A stretch of 50,358 bases of DNA, from contig CAZVEW010000001.1 in NCBI GenBank assembly GCA_964625955.1, forward strand, positions 1 through 50,358. Reading direction: 5' to 3'. A program made the translations under genes and the position numbers. Position 1 is the stretch's first letter, and each line of letters begins with the position of its first letter. A model generated the notes under the pieces. The model saw only the letters and a program-made list of their open reading frames with translations. It was not told where the DNA came from and did not search any database. The DNA comes from an uncultured Vicingus sp. (GTDB lineage Bacteria > Bacteroidota > Bacteroidia > Flavobacteriales_E > Vicingaceae). Shown here piece after piece: positions 1 to 8,865 of this stretch.

Positions 1-126
1 AAAAAACCATAAAAAAGGTGAAAAAACCATAAAATTTGAATTAAAAAAATGAAAATAGAACCTAAAAAGAGAAATAGGTAATTATGCAACGGTCTTGATT
101 AGGTAATAATCTCAGTTTAACCCGAA

Positions 127-1656
127 TTATTGTAACAAAGAAACTAAGCCACTTTTTTTAAACTCATCTCCAGTAGCCGATTTAAATCTTACCACATAAA
201 CATAAGTGCCAGAAGGGGACATGCTTCCTGAATTATTCATTTGCCCATTCCAACCTTTGTTTAACTCGTTGGTTTCAAAAATTTTTTGTCCCCAACGGTT
301 AAAAACCATCAATGAATAAGAACTAGGGGCAGGAAAGGTTAAAATAGGTTTAAATGTTGAGTTGTAGGCACTTTTGGGGTCAAAAGCATTTGGTATGTAC
401 AATAAAGGACTTTGCTTTACGCAATCAAAATTAGAGGTGCTTGAGGCTTCGGCTAAATTACCAACATGTAAAAAGGGGTTTTCTTTGGCAACTACTTTGT
501 AGCAAAACTCACCATTACCTTGTGTAATGGTAGAAATATCATCTTTATATTCTAAAGTTCCTGCTTGGGGAAATACGGTTGCAACTGGCGATGAACTCCA
601 AACTCCTCCAATAGAACGATAAATTTCGTATTCTTTAACGTATCCTTCCCACCCTTCATAATTATTCCACGAAAGTGTGTTTTTTATTGCCATACCATCA
701 GATGTTATTTTTAAAAGCATTGTTTTTCCAAAATTTGAAACCATTTTAACATCACCACAAGTATTAATAGGGTAAATTTTATAGTAATAAGCGTTGTTGT
801 TTGCATCAACATTAAAATCGGAAAATAGTTGAAAAGGATTCATTCCTTGAAAAGCAGTAATGCTACCTACTTTTTTAAATATATTGGTTGGTTTTAAAGC
901 TCTTTTAATAACATATTCTCTGATGTCTGCTGCAGTATCTACATAAAATTGCACATTAACTTGCTGAGAATCTACCACGGTAACGGAATACAAATAATTA
1001 AAAGTAGGGTCTTTTAAAAACGAAGAGGTATTAACATCTATATAATTAGACGTTGAGCTAAAAGGACCAGCCCCGCCTTTTTCAATGGCATTAACAAAAA
1101 ATTTATATACCGATCCTTGATTAACTGAGGTAAAATTAAAAGTAGTTGTATTGGTAGTTCCAACTAAGGCGTAAGAGCCACTATTTTCTTTGGCAAAAAT
1201 TTTATACAATACATTTATTCCTGAATCAAAATCATCGTAAGCATTCCAATTAAATGAAATTGTTCCTGCACACATTTGGGGGGAGGAAGAAAGAAACATG
1301 GTATTGTTAAAATCTAAGATGGTAACCATTTCGTTGTCGCAAGCATCTTTAACACCAATAGCATATTCTACAACACCAGTGTTGGCATTGCTCGATGCTG
1401 CAGGTATGGTATAGCATAAAGTACCTGCCAAAACGGAGTCAATTCGGCTGTTTGCTCCAGTTAAAACATTTTTACCAATAATATAATATTTTACAATGTC
1501 AGGGTCGGGACTAGCTTGCCAACAAATGGTAACGTTTCCGTTGGCATCTACGGTTACAGAATCAACATTTATAGGGGTTAGAGCATCTCCGGGTGTGCAA
1601 AGTGCAAAACTTTGTATTGAAGTTAAGAGTAATAATATGGAGAGTAAATGTCTCAA
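127..1656 (-). CDS. Secreted cell-surface protein with T9SS type-B C-terminal sorting domain (gliding motility-associated CTD)
   Basis: N-terminal signal peptide MRHLLSILLLLTSIQSFA. The last ~90 aa carry the type-B CTD hallmark: IPNAFDPKS..FKP..VFNRWGQKIFE..GWNGQ..GTYVYVV. The body looks like Ig/FN3-like beta repeats. Confidence 0.8.
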   Translation of the reverse strand: MRHLLSILLLLTSIQSFALCTPGDALTPINVDSVTVDANGNVTICWQASPDPDIVKYYIIGKNVLTGANSRIDSVLAGTLCYTIPAASSNANTGVVEYAIGVKDACDNEMVTILDFNNTMFLSSSPQMCAGTISFNWNAYDDFDSGINVLYKIFAKENSGSYALVGTTNTTTFNFTSVNQGSVYKFFVNAIEKGGAGPFSSTSNYIDVNTSSFLKDPTFNYLYSVTVVDSQQVNVQFYVDTAADIREYVIKRALKPTNIFKKVGSITAFQGMNPFQLFSDFNVDANNNAYYYKIYPINTCGDVKMVSNFGKTMLLKITSDGMAIKNTLSWNNYEGWEGYVKEYEIYRSIGGVWSSSPVATVFPQAGTLEYKDDISTITQGNGEFCYKVVAKENPFLHVGNLAEASSTSNFDCVKQSPLLYIPNAFDPKSAYNSTFKPILTFPAPSSYSLMVFNRWGQKIFETNELNKGWNGQMNNSGSMSPSGTYVYVVRFKSATGDEFKKSGLVSLLQ

Positions 1657-1687
1657 AATCAGGGTAAAACCAACCTTAAATACGTAA

Positions 1688-1695
1688 CAAAAGTA
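1688..1695 (-). promoter_or_regulatory. Bacteroidota -7 promoter box TACTTTTG (TAnnTTTG)
   Basis: Plus strand CAAAAGTA equals minus strand TACTTTTG. It lies 32 nt upstream of the ATG at 1656 and 12 nt after the upstream gene's stop. Confidence 0.4.
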
Positions 1696-1706
1696 GTAAT
1701 ATTGTG

Positions 1707-2267
1707 TTAGTTACTTTTTTCTTTAGGAAAGTTTAACTCTCCTTTTTGTATTTTATTATAATTGTTAGCTAAAATAGCTATCAGTTTACTAAACGTAAGT
1801 ATAGCTTCTTTCGTTGCCTCACTTACTTTTGTGTTTTTTAGTTTAAGCAACAAAAATCCGTACAACCCTGTTAAACAGGCATGTATTTCATTTTTAACTT
1901 CGCCACCAGCTTTTAAAATAAAATTATTAATGTTATCCTTAGCTGCTAAATAACTTTTTTGGTATTCTTTGTCTTGTATGGTGGTTAAAAGAGAGTTATG
2001 TAAGTTGTTTAATTCTTCGATATAAACATTTAATGATTTTAAATGTCCTTTATCGGCAATTCCTTCTTTCATCATTTGTTCAATTAGGTTCTGGTACCAA
2101 AATTTCATTTCGTACTGCACCTCGTTTGTTGCATTAAATTTAGAAATTACTGATTTTTCAATTTGTGTTAAATCAAAATTATTTGAACGAATAATATCTT
2201 CAATTTGCCACATGTATAAAATGTACTCAGCAATATTTGTTTTTTTCTTTTCTTGAGCGATGAGCAT
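1707..2267 (-). CDS. DUF4924 family protein
   Basis: The N-terminus KKTNIAEYILYMWQIEDIIRSNNFDL matches the conserved DUF4924 opening motif (NIAEYLLYMWQ.EDLIR) of Bacteroidota. Confidence 0.65.
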   Translation of the reverse strand: MLIAQEKKKTNIAEYILYMWQIEDIIRSNNFDLTQIEKSVISKFNATNEVQYEMKFWYQNLIEQMMKEGIADKGHLKSLNVYIEELNNLHNSLLTTIQDKEYQKSYLAAKDNINNFILKAGGEVKNEIHACLTGLYGFLLLKLKNTKVSEATKEAILTFSKLIAILANNYNKIQKGELNFPKEKSN

Positions 2268-2269
2268 CG

Positions 2270-2914
2270 TTAGTCCTTATTTTTCTTTTCTTTTGAATGA
2301 TATTGTTTATTTAGCCCTTCTAAAATTTCGTTGGTAATGTCAATTTTTGTATTAAAATCTAATACAAAATTTCTAGTTTGAGATTCTCCAATAATAATGT
2401 CGTATTTTTCTTTATTGTTGTTATTAATAAAGTCTTTAATGCTTTTATAAAGTTGTTTATTTAATTTTAGTAATTCATCTTGGAATTTGGCAGAATATTC
2501 ATCCTCTAATTTGTATAATTCTTGTTGTTCCTTACCTAATTCTTTTTGTTTTAATTCGCCTTCAAATTGGCTCATGGTTGGTGCTTTTTTCTGAAATTCG
2601 GCAACTTTACGCTGAAATGCCTTAGATTTAGCTGCCAAATCTTTTTGGTAGCGATTTTGTTTGGCTTCTAATTTTGCTTTTAATTCGTCATACAAGCCGT
2701 AATTAACTTGTAATGAATCTACATTGATGTATCCAATTTTCGATTTATAAGAAGCTTCTCCTTGAAGGGGCTCAACTAAAGTTGTGTCATTTTGATTGGC
2801 ATTATTTACTTGATTGTTGGCAATTTTAGCTGAGTTGTTTGCGAATTGAAAATAATACAATATTATTACAGCAACAGTTAAAACAATATTTAAGACTAAA
2901 GATAAATTTTTCAT
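2270..2914 (-). CDS. OmpH/Skp-like periplasmic chaperone
   Basis: Signal-anchor MKNLSLVLNIVLTVAVIIL followed by a long Lys/Glu/Gln-rich coiled-coil typical of the OmpH family. I chose the start at the internal ATG (2914) because the upstream part of the ORF (to 2977) has no signal peptide and contains a TTTTTG promoter-like box. Confidence 0.7.
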   Translation of the reverse strand: MKNLSLVLNIVLTVAVIILYYFQFANNSAKIANNQVNNANQNDTTLVEPLQGEASYKSKIGYINVDSLQVNYGLYDELKAKLEAKQNRYQKDLAAKSKAFQRKVAEFQKKAPTMSQFEGELKQKELGKEQQELYKLEDEYSAKFQDELLKLNKQLYKSIKDFINNNNKEKYDIIIGESQTRNFVLDFNTKIDITNEILEGLNKQYHSKEKKNKD

Positions 2915-2995
2915 TTCTGTTATTTTAAAGTTGCAAAAATGAACATTATTATTTAATTGTGGCTCGTTAAAATGCAACGAAAATTTAAGTGTGTT

Positions 2996-3394
2996 TTAGA
3001 CAGCAATCGAGGTAGCTATTGTTTTGCTAATAAATTCAAACTCTAGGTTAACCATACAGGCAAAATCTTCTCCTATTTCTTTCATATCATCATCATCAAC
3101 AGAAAAATGCCAAATTATTTTTACATTAATGCCATTATCTTTTAAATCGCTAAGTCGGTAAAGGATAAATAAAATACGTTTTGAAGAGAAGATATTAAAA
3201 TATTCTAAATCGAAAACAAATTCTATCTCTTTTAGTGATTTATTGTTAAAATTTTCAATCCAATCTAAAACGGGCTTGTAAAATTCATCAACTTCAGAGA
3301 CTACCGATTTACCTACAATGGAATAGCTATTTTTTTCTGAATTTAGAATAATTTCAGGAGAAATATCAGTTGCTTTTATATAAACTTTTTCCAT
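2996..3394 (-). CDS. DUF1987 / SiaC-like regulatory phosphoprotein
   Basis: MEKVYIKATDISPEIILN...FYKPVLDWIENF...LEYFNIFSSKRILFIL...IIWHFSVDDDDMKEIGEDF matches the DUF1987 (SiaC) pattern over the full ~130-aa length. Confidence 0.7.
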   Translation of the reverse strand: MEKVYIKATDISPEIILNSEKNSYSIVGKSVVSEVDEFYKPVLDWIENFNNKSLKEIEFVFDLEYFNIFSSKRILFILYRLSDLKDNGINVKIIWHFSVDDDDMKEIGEDFACMVNLEFEFISKTIATSIAV

Positions 3395-3466
3395 TATAAT
3401 CTCAATTGGAGATACAATGTATGTATTTTTTTAGTAAAAAATGCTAAAATTTATACGTATCTCTTG

Positions 3467-3501
3467 TTTTTTTAGACTAACTGTATTTTTTATTAGACTA
3501 A
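3467..3501 (-). promoter_or_regulatory. Paired direct repeats TTTT(T/A)TTAGACTAA, 21-nt period; candidate LytTR operator
   Basis: Copies at 3467-3480 and 3488-3501 are 13/14 identical and offset by exactly 21 nt. They lie between the stop of the LytTR regulator gene (3515) and the ATG of the DUF1987 gene (3394). Confidence 0.45.
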
Positions 3502-3514
3502 ACAGGCAAGTTGT

Positions 3515-4225
3515 TTATAAACTCTTCATTTCTTTTAATTTACTTGCTTGTCTTCGAGATATTTCTACTTGCTCGCCATTTTTAAGAACAACTTTTAAGC
3601 CGCCATTAAACCAGTTTTCAACGTTTTCAACCCAATTTAAATTAATAATAAATTTACGATTGGCTCTAAAAAACACGTTTTCATCTAATTTATTTGCTAG
3701 GTTGTTTAATGATTTTAGTATTAGTGGTTTGTTTTTACCAAAAAATACGCGCACATAATTTCCTTCCGATTCAAACATAGGAACATCTTTTAGCTTAACA
3801 AACCAGCACCTATCACCATCTTTAACAAAAACTTGGTCGTTTAAGCCGAGCTTATCAGCATCATTTATGGTAATTATTTTTTCTTTACTTATTTTATTAA
3901 TTGCTTCTTCTAATCTTTCTGTTTGTATTGGTTTTAGTAAATAATCTAGGGCATTTACTTCAAAAGCTTTAATGGCATATTCATCGTAGGCGGTAACAAA
4001 AATTACGTTCGGCAGGTAATCTAGTTCTTCCAACACACCAAAACCATCTTTGCCAGGCATGTGGATATCTAAAAATATTACATCGGGTTTTAGGTTATCA
4101 ACTTTGTCAATTGCTTCTTCGGCATTATCGCACTCAGCAATAATTTCAATTTGAGGAAAATTATTTAACAAGCTTGTTAATTCTTTTCTTGCTAGCCGTT
4201 CGTCATCAATAATTATTGCTTTCAT
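3515..4225 (-). CDS. LytTR-family response regulator (REC + LytTR DNA-binding domain)
   Basis: REC motifs: IIDDE, phospho-acceptor context VIFLDIHMPG, and AYDEYAIKAFE. The C-terminal LytTR pattern is present: ...VKLKDVPMFESEGNYVRVF...NRKFIINL. Confidence 0.9.
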   Translation of the reverse strand: MKAIIIDDERLARKELTSLLNNFPQIEIIAECDNAEEAIDKVDNLKPDVIFLDIHMPGKDGFGVLEELDYLPNVIFVTAYDEYAIKAFEVNALDYLLKPIQTERLEEAINKISKEKIITINDADKLGLNDQVFVKDGDRCWFVKLKDVPMFESEGNYVRVFFGKNKPLILKSLNNLANKLDENVFFRANRKFIINLNWVENVENWFNGGLKVVLKNGEQVEISRRQASKLKEMKSL

Positions 4226-4237
4226 ATTTTAAAAGTG

Positions 4238-5281
4238 TTATACAAGTATTTGTTTTGGGATAAGTAATGTCGTTTCTACCCTGTTATTTTTATTTTTAAT
4301 TTCAAAAAGAGCTTGATTTCCATACAATAATTGTAATCGTTGCTTGGTATTTATAATGCCGTAACCTGTTTTTGGTGTTTGATTTTCATTGTAAATACCA
4401 CTATTAAAAATAGTAATTTGAAGTTTATTATCTATTATCGAAGCATTAATTGCTAAAGTTCCTCCTTTTGGTAGTTTTGATGTTCCGTGTTTTATGCCGT
4501 TTTCTACCAAAGTTTGAATCATTAGTGGTGGAACTAAAAAAGTTTCAGTGGCTAAATCTATGTTTAGTTGAATAATTAATTTTTCTTCAAACCTTGTCTT
4601 TTCGAGGCTTAAATAATCGTTAACTAATTTCATTTCTTCACCAAGCGGAATTAATTTCTTTTTCCCCATCATTAACGAGTTTCTTAGCACATTTGAGAGT
4701 TGGGTAATAGCATTTTTTGCTTGTATTGGGTCTTCTTCTACCAAAGCCCTAATGCTATTCATTGCATTAAAAATAAAATGAGGGTTTAATTGTGATTTTA
4801 ATCGGTTTAATTCTATTTCGTTTTTAGTGGCTTGCCATTTTAAATTTTTTATTTCTTCTTTCTTATAATTATTTACAAAGTGAAATAAAAAATAAAACAA
4901 CGACCATAAAAGCCCTAATAATGTCCAATTAATAATTTTCGGGAAGGCATCGGCAAAGCTAAATTCAAATTTATTTTGGGCAATTACAATGTCTAAAACT
5001 ATGGTTTGTATAACATAAACAATTACACCAAAAATTACGGTTCCAACAATAATTTTAGGAACTAATAAAACAATATTTCGCCCTAGCAAATTTAACTTAA
5101 TTATTGCCAATCGGTAAAGATGAGAAATAGAAATACCTATTAAATAAATAGATAAAAGACTAATAATTAGCTCTTTACTGATTTCTTTATGATTTAAAAT
5201 ATTATAAAACCCAGCAATAAAAATGTAAACTAGCCAACCAAAAACTTGGGCAAACCAGTATAAATTTTTTTTACTTAACAT
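4238..5281 (-). CDS. Membrane sensor histidine kinase, LytS/YehU-type (His_kinase PF06580-like + HATPase)
   Basis: About 5 N-terminal TM helices. The H-box LKSQLNPHFIFNAMNSI is typical of LytS-type kinases. The ATPase region has LVENGIKHG and GYGIINTKQRL. Confidence 0.85.
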   Translation of the reverse strand: MLSKKNLYWFAQVFGWLVYIFIAGFYNILNHKEISKELIISLLSIYLIGISISHLYRLAIIKLNLLGRNIVLLVPKIIVGTVIFGVIVYVIQTIVLDIVIAQNKFEFSFADAFPKIINWTLLGLLWSLFYFLFHFVNNYKKEEIKNLKWQATKNEIELNRLKSQLNPHFIFNAMNSIRALVEEDPIQAKNAITQLSNVLRNSLMMGKKKLIPLGEEMKLVNDYLSLEKTRFEEKLIIQLNIDLATETFLVPPLMIQTLVENGIKHGTSKLPKGGTLAINASIIDNKLQITIFNSGIYNENQTPKTGYGIINTKQRLQLLYGNQALFEIKNKNNRVETTLLIPKQILV

Positions 5282-5339
5282 TTTGTGCCGATTAGTAATC
5301 GTTAAACATAAATTTAAAATGATTACAAGTTATGTGTAA

Positions 5340-7172
5340 TTATTGATTTAGCCATGCTTTTTGCAATTGTAATTGTTGTTTTGTAGCACTTGGATTGAAA
5401 GCAATATAATATTTTTTAGTTTTTTCTACACTAATTGCTTTGGCTTTTAATTTTTTATTTTTTGTTACTCCTTTTGTTTTTCTGGCAACAGTAATGGTTA
5501 CTTTATCTCCTATTTTTGTGGTGGTTTTAAATTTATCTAATTCATCTTGCATATTATCGTTGGTTAATGTTACGCCATTAATGGCTATTAATTCATCATT
5601 AACTTTAAAGCCTAGTTTTTTTCCAAAGTTATCCATACTGCCAATATCCATCACATATAGTCGGTTAGATTCTCGATTAAATCCGAGGGCAACTCCTCCC
5701 ATGCTAATTTCTTTAACTTTTGCATTTTTTTGGTAAGTTATACCAACTTTTGCTAAAATTTCTTTAAGTGGTAAAGGTTGAGAACCTTCGACATATTTCG
5801 TAAAAAATTCTCTAATTTTAGGGGATGACAGTTGAGCAATTTTATCGAAAAGTTCCTTATCTTTAAAAGATTTATATTTACCATATTCTTTAGAAAGCAT
5901 TTTCATCATATCCATCATACCAATTTTTCCGTCAGATTCTTCTCTTAACAAAATATCTAAACACATTCCTATTAAAGCTCCTTTTTGGTAAACATTACCA
6001 TATTGGTTTTTGTATTTATCTAAACAGCCCAAACTCATTTCTGTAAAAGGCAAACTATCATTGAAATAGCTAGCACCTTTAAGTTTTTTAGTAATTATTT
6101 TTAAATAATCAGCTTTAGTTATTAATCCTTCATAAACCTGTACATGACCGGCAAAATATTCAGTAACACCTTCGTATAACCACAAGTGTTCCGACATTTT
6201 AGGATGGATATAATCAAAGTCGCCAATTTCTTCAGCATGAATACTTAATGGCGTAACCGTATGAAAGAATTCATGGGCAGATACATCAACAATAAAACCG
6301 CCTAATTGTTCGGCAGGCATTTCTGGCAAGTAGTAAAAAGAAGAATAGGAATGCTCTAATGCTCCACTACCACCAGAACCACTTGCACCAGTATAAAGAT
6401 ATATGATAAAAGCATATTTTTTAATAGGAAGTTTACCTCCTAAATATTTTCTTTGGGCTTCTAATATTTTATTTATTTCTTTGGCTAACTCTTTTGCTGT
6501 TACCTTGTTATTTTTAGAATAAACAGAAATTAATACATCTGCTCCTCCGACTTTAATTATAGTTGTGTCTGGTTTGTTGTACATTATTGGAGCATCAACT
6601 AAATCCATATAATTTTCTGTTGTAAATTTATCTACATTACCTGTTGTTGTTCCTGTTGTTAAGCCTGTAGAACCATAAAAATCAGCAGGGCGTGTAATAT
6701 TTAATTCATATTTTAACTTTTTCATCCTATCAAAATAACCAAAGAAACCATGGTTATTTAACACCACATTTTCTCCTTTTTCAATGTTTGTCCCCCCAGG
6801 CTCAAAAACCAAGTGTTTAACATCTGCGTCCCAAGTATCTTCTACCCAATAGCTAATTTTTGATAATGTTGTAGCGTTAGAAATCTCCCATCTATTATCA
6901 TCTAATCTATTTACACTTAGGCTCCTGCCATCTTTATCTTCTGCCTCAAAATCCATTACATATTGTCCGAAGTCATAAATTTGGTAAGTTCCAGGAACTA
7001 TTTTTGGTATATTATAAATTATTTTATCCGATTTAATTGTCGGAACATCAAGGTTTATTTGAAGAAGGTCGTCATTAATTTTATTTAAATTTACATAGAA
7101 TTTATAAACATTGTTTTGACTAAAGACTATCAAATTAGTACTTAGCAGTAATAGTAATATAATTTTTTTCAT
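5340..7172 (-). CDS. M61-like zinc metallopeptidase with C-terminal PDZ domain
   Basis: HEXXH motif (SAHEFFH) followed by LWLYEGVTEYFAG. The C-terminal GFK.VNDELIAINGV is PDZ-like. Signal peptide MKKIILLLLLSTNLIVFSQ begins at the ATG at 7172. The TTG at 7199 overlaps the -7 box. Confidence 0.7.
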   Translation of the reverse strand: MKKIILLLLLSTNLIVFSQNNVYKFYVNLNKINDDLLQINLDVPTIKSDKIIYNIPKIVPGTYQIYDFGQYVMDFEAEDKDGRSLSVNRLDDNRWEISNATTLSKISYWVEDTWDADVKHLVFEPGGTNIEKGENVVLNNHGFFGYFDRMKKLKYELNITRPADFYGSTGLTTGTTTGNVDKFTTENYMDLVDAPIMYNKPDTTIIKVGGADVLISVYSKNNKVTAKELAKEINKILEAQRKYLGGKLPIKKYAFIIYLYTGASGSGGSGALEHSYSSFYYLPEMPAEQLGGFIVDVSAHEFFHTVTPLSIHAEEIGDFDYIHPKMSEHLWLYEGVTEYFAGHVQVYEGLITKADYLKIITKKLKGASYFNDSLPFTEMSLGCLDKYKNQYGNVYQKGALIGMCLDILLREESDGKIGMMDMMKMLSKEYGKYKSFKDKELFDKIAQLSSPKIREFFTKYVEGSQPLPLKEILAKVGITYQKNAKVKEISMGGVALGFNRESNRLYVMDIGSMDNFGKKLGFKVNDELIAINGVTLTNDNMQDELDKFKTTTKIGDKVTITVARKTKGVTKNKKLKAKAISVEKTKKYYIAFNPSATKQQLQLQKAWLNQ

Positions 7173-7196
7173 GTTAAAAATATTTTTATTATTACA

Positions 7197-7204
7197 CAAA
7201 TGTA
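7197..7204 (-). promoter_or_regulatory. -7 promoter box TACATTTG
   Basis: Minus-strand TACATTTG lies 25 nt upstream of the ATG at 7172. Confidence 0.4.
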
Positions 7205-7430
7205 TTGATGTTTAAAGTAATTAATAATTTTTATTACATCAAAGGCTTATTTAATCCACTAAAGGTTTGGGCGTAAAAATCCTAAAAGTAATAAATTAAC
7301 CCATTGAAGGGGGGGCTAAAAATTCATTCTTATCATTAAATAACATTAAAATACCTATTAAAAATGTTATTTGGTCTAATTGTTGAAATTATCCTAACTA
7401 TTATTGCAACATTATTGCATTTTATTACGT

Positions 7431-7438
7431 ATATTTGA
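7431..7438 (+). promoter_or_regulatory. -7 promoter box TATATTTG
   Basis: Exact TAnnTTTG match 26 nt upstream of the ATG at 7464. It lies inside the longer ORF call (7404), which argues for the 7464 start. Confidence 0.45.
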
Positions 7439-7463
7439 TGTGGTACTGATTAAACTCTTTGTT

Positions 7464-7889
7464 ATGAAAAAACTTATTCTATTTTTGGTCTTGGTTGCTC
7501 CTTCTATATTTTTTGCTCAAAGTTCAAGAGATATTAATACTGTTATTCAGAAAACGATTGATTTATATGCACTAAAAAAATATTATAGTGAAGCAGAAAT
7601 AACAGGAAAAACGCCATTAATAATTATTAATGACGACAAAATACCCAACAACTTAATTGTGTTTAAATTTAACAAAAGAGTTAAAATTATGACACCAGAA
7701 CAATTAAAAACATTTAAAAGTGTTTATTCAGGCAGCTTAGATAGTTATTTTGTTTTTGAAATAATGGAGTTTAAAGAAAATCAGGTAATTATTAAAGCTT
7801 CTTTTCGTAAAAATGAAAAAATTGCTATAAATGTAAATATGAAGAAAGAAAATAATAAATGGAAAGTGGTAGAATCTTCTGCTGGATAA
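7464..7889 (+). CDS. Hypothetical secreted protein
   Basis: Signal peptide MKKLILFLVLVAPSIFFAQ. No motif recognised. Confidence 0.55.
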   Translation: MKKLILFLVLVAPSIFFAQSSRDINTVIQKTIDLYALKKYYSEAEITGKTPLIIINDDKIPNNLIVFKFNKRVKIMTPEQLKTFKSVYSGSLDSYFVFEIMEFKENQVIIKASFRKNEKIAINVNMKKENNKWKVVESSAG

Positions 7890-7907
7890 TTCTTTTTTCA
7901 ATTTTTT

Positions 7908-8162
7908 ATGAGCAAACTAAAGCTCGATTTACACGAAATTTATAATAAATCTTACCTCATAGATGATGCTTTAAATAGTGTTATTGAAGAAGCTATAGCT
8001 AAAAAAATTAAGCTACTTGAAATAATTCATGGTAAAGGTTCTGGACAACTAAAAAAGAAAGTAATGCGATTTCTACAACAACCACATATCAAAAATAAAT
8101 ACCACCGAATAGAAAAGGATAGTAAAAATTTTGGACGATTATTTGTCCATTTTAAATACTAA
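7908..8162 (+). CDS. Smr domain protein (stand-alone small MutS-related domain)
   Basis: LDLHE...LEIIHGKGSGQLKKKVMRFLQ matches the Smr D-L-H and HGxG motifs. Confidence 0.7.
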   Translation: MSKLKLDLHEIYNKSYLIDDALNSVIEEAIAKKIKLLEIIHGKGSGQLKKKVMRFLQQPHIKNKYHRIEKDSKNFGRLFVHFKY

Positions 8163-8171
8163 TTTTACCCC

Positions 8172-8357
8172 ATGTTTTCATCTGGACAAAAAATATTTGC
8201 TTTGCTTTTTATGATTGCTTTTGTGGTAATTATTGGGTATCAGTTTTACAAAGACAGACAACAAAATAAAGCCTTATTTAAAGGAACTTATTGGGTTTTA
8301 ATTGCACTTATGGCAACAATTATTGGGTATATTGTTGTTCAAAAATTTATCCTATAG
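8172..8357 (+). CDS. Small two-TM membrane protein, unknown function
   Basis: 61 aa with two hydrophobic helices (IFALLFMIAFVVIIGY and VLIALMATIIGYIVV). Tight spacing after the Smr gene. Confidence 0.4.
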   Translation: MFSSGQKIFALLFMIAFVVIIGYQFYKDRQQNKALFKGTYWVLIALMATIIGYIVVQKFIL

Positions 8358-8358
8358 C

Positions 8359-8862
8359 TTATTGGGTAAATTTTAATTCTTTAAGCTCTTGTGTAACTTC
8401 ATCGTCAATTTGAAATCCCTCTGTTTCTACATAATAATCATCAAATTGCGTGTATTTATTAAATTCTTCATCACTTAAATAATAGCTATCTTCTTCGATA
8501 TTTTTTAAATGATTAAAATTAAAAACCGAAAACAATCCAACAATAAGAATAATAGAGGCTGCTATTGATTGATAATAAGCTATCTGTAATTTTATAACAG
8601 GAATTTGCATGGTTTTTTTGTAAAAAGGAATGTGTTTTTTACGAAATGATTTTTGTAAAACAATTAAACTATCTTCTTCTAAAATTAGGCTATTGTTTTC
8701 ATCTTTAAAATTAGCTATTGTTTTTTTTAGTAAATCGCTATATAAGGTGAAATCTTCTTCGGCCAATCGTTCATTTACATATTTTTTTTCTTCTATATTT
8801 AAAGAAGTATAATCTTTGTTTTTTAGAAGATACTCTAATTTTTCGGTAAATATTGTTTCCAT
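8359..8862 (-). CDS. Putative anti-sigma factor (single-pass membrane protein)
   Basis: Starts 3 nt after the ECF sigma gene. It has one TM helix (SIAASIILIVGLFSVF). No zinc-binding anti-sigma motif is seen, so the call rests on position only. Confidence 0.45.
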   Translation of the reverse strand: METIFTEKLEYLLKNKDYTSLNIEEKKYVNERLAEEDFTLYSDLLKKTIANFKDENNSLILEEDSLIVLQKSFRKKHIPFYKKTMQIPVIKLQIAYYQSIAASIILIVGLFSVFNFNHLKNIEEDSYYLSDEEFNKYTQFDDYYVETEGFQIDDEVTQELKELKFTQ

Positions 8863-8865
8863 ACT

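Noticed and set aside
1-34. Direct repeat AAAAAACCATAAAA at 1-14 and 21-34 at the window edge.
   Set aside because: It is very A-rich and short and is cut by the window boundary, so it cannot be interpreted without upstream sequence.
3441-3758. 105-aa plus-strand ORF spanning the regulator/DUF1987 intergenic region and the 3' end of the LytTR gene.
   Set aside because: The translation is hydrophobic and low-complexity. It overlaps a well-supported gene, and the direct repeats explain the region better.
7309-7315. G7 homopolymer in the 260-nt divergent intergenic region, considered as a phase-variation tract.
   Set aside because: It lies more than 100 nt from either candidate -7 box, so it is not in a promoter spacer or a CDS. 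C6/G6 runs also occur inside ordinary CDSs here (for example 6792-6797, 24596-24601 and near 38345), so it is not exceptional.
7401-7420. The motif ATTATTGCA is repeated at 7401-7409 and 7412-7420 and occurs again at 25311-25319. The dyad TGCAA-N5-TTGCA is also present.
   Set aside because: TATTATTG is a near match to the TAnnTTTG -7 box, so these are most simply read as promoter-like sequence. Three short AT-rich hits do not justify calling a regulon.
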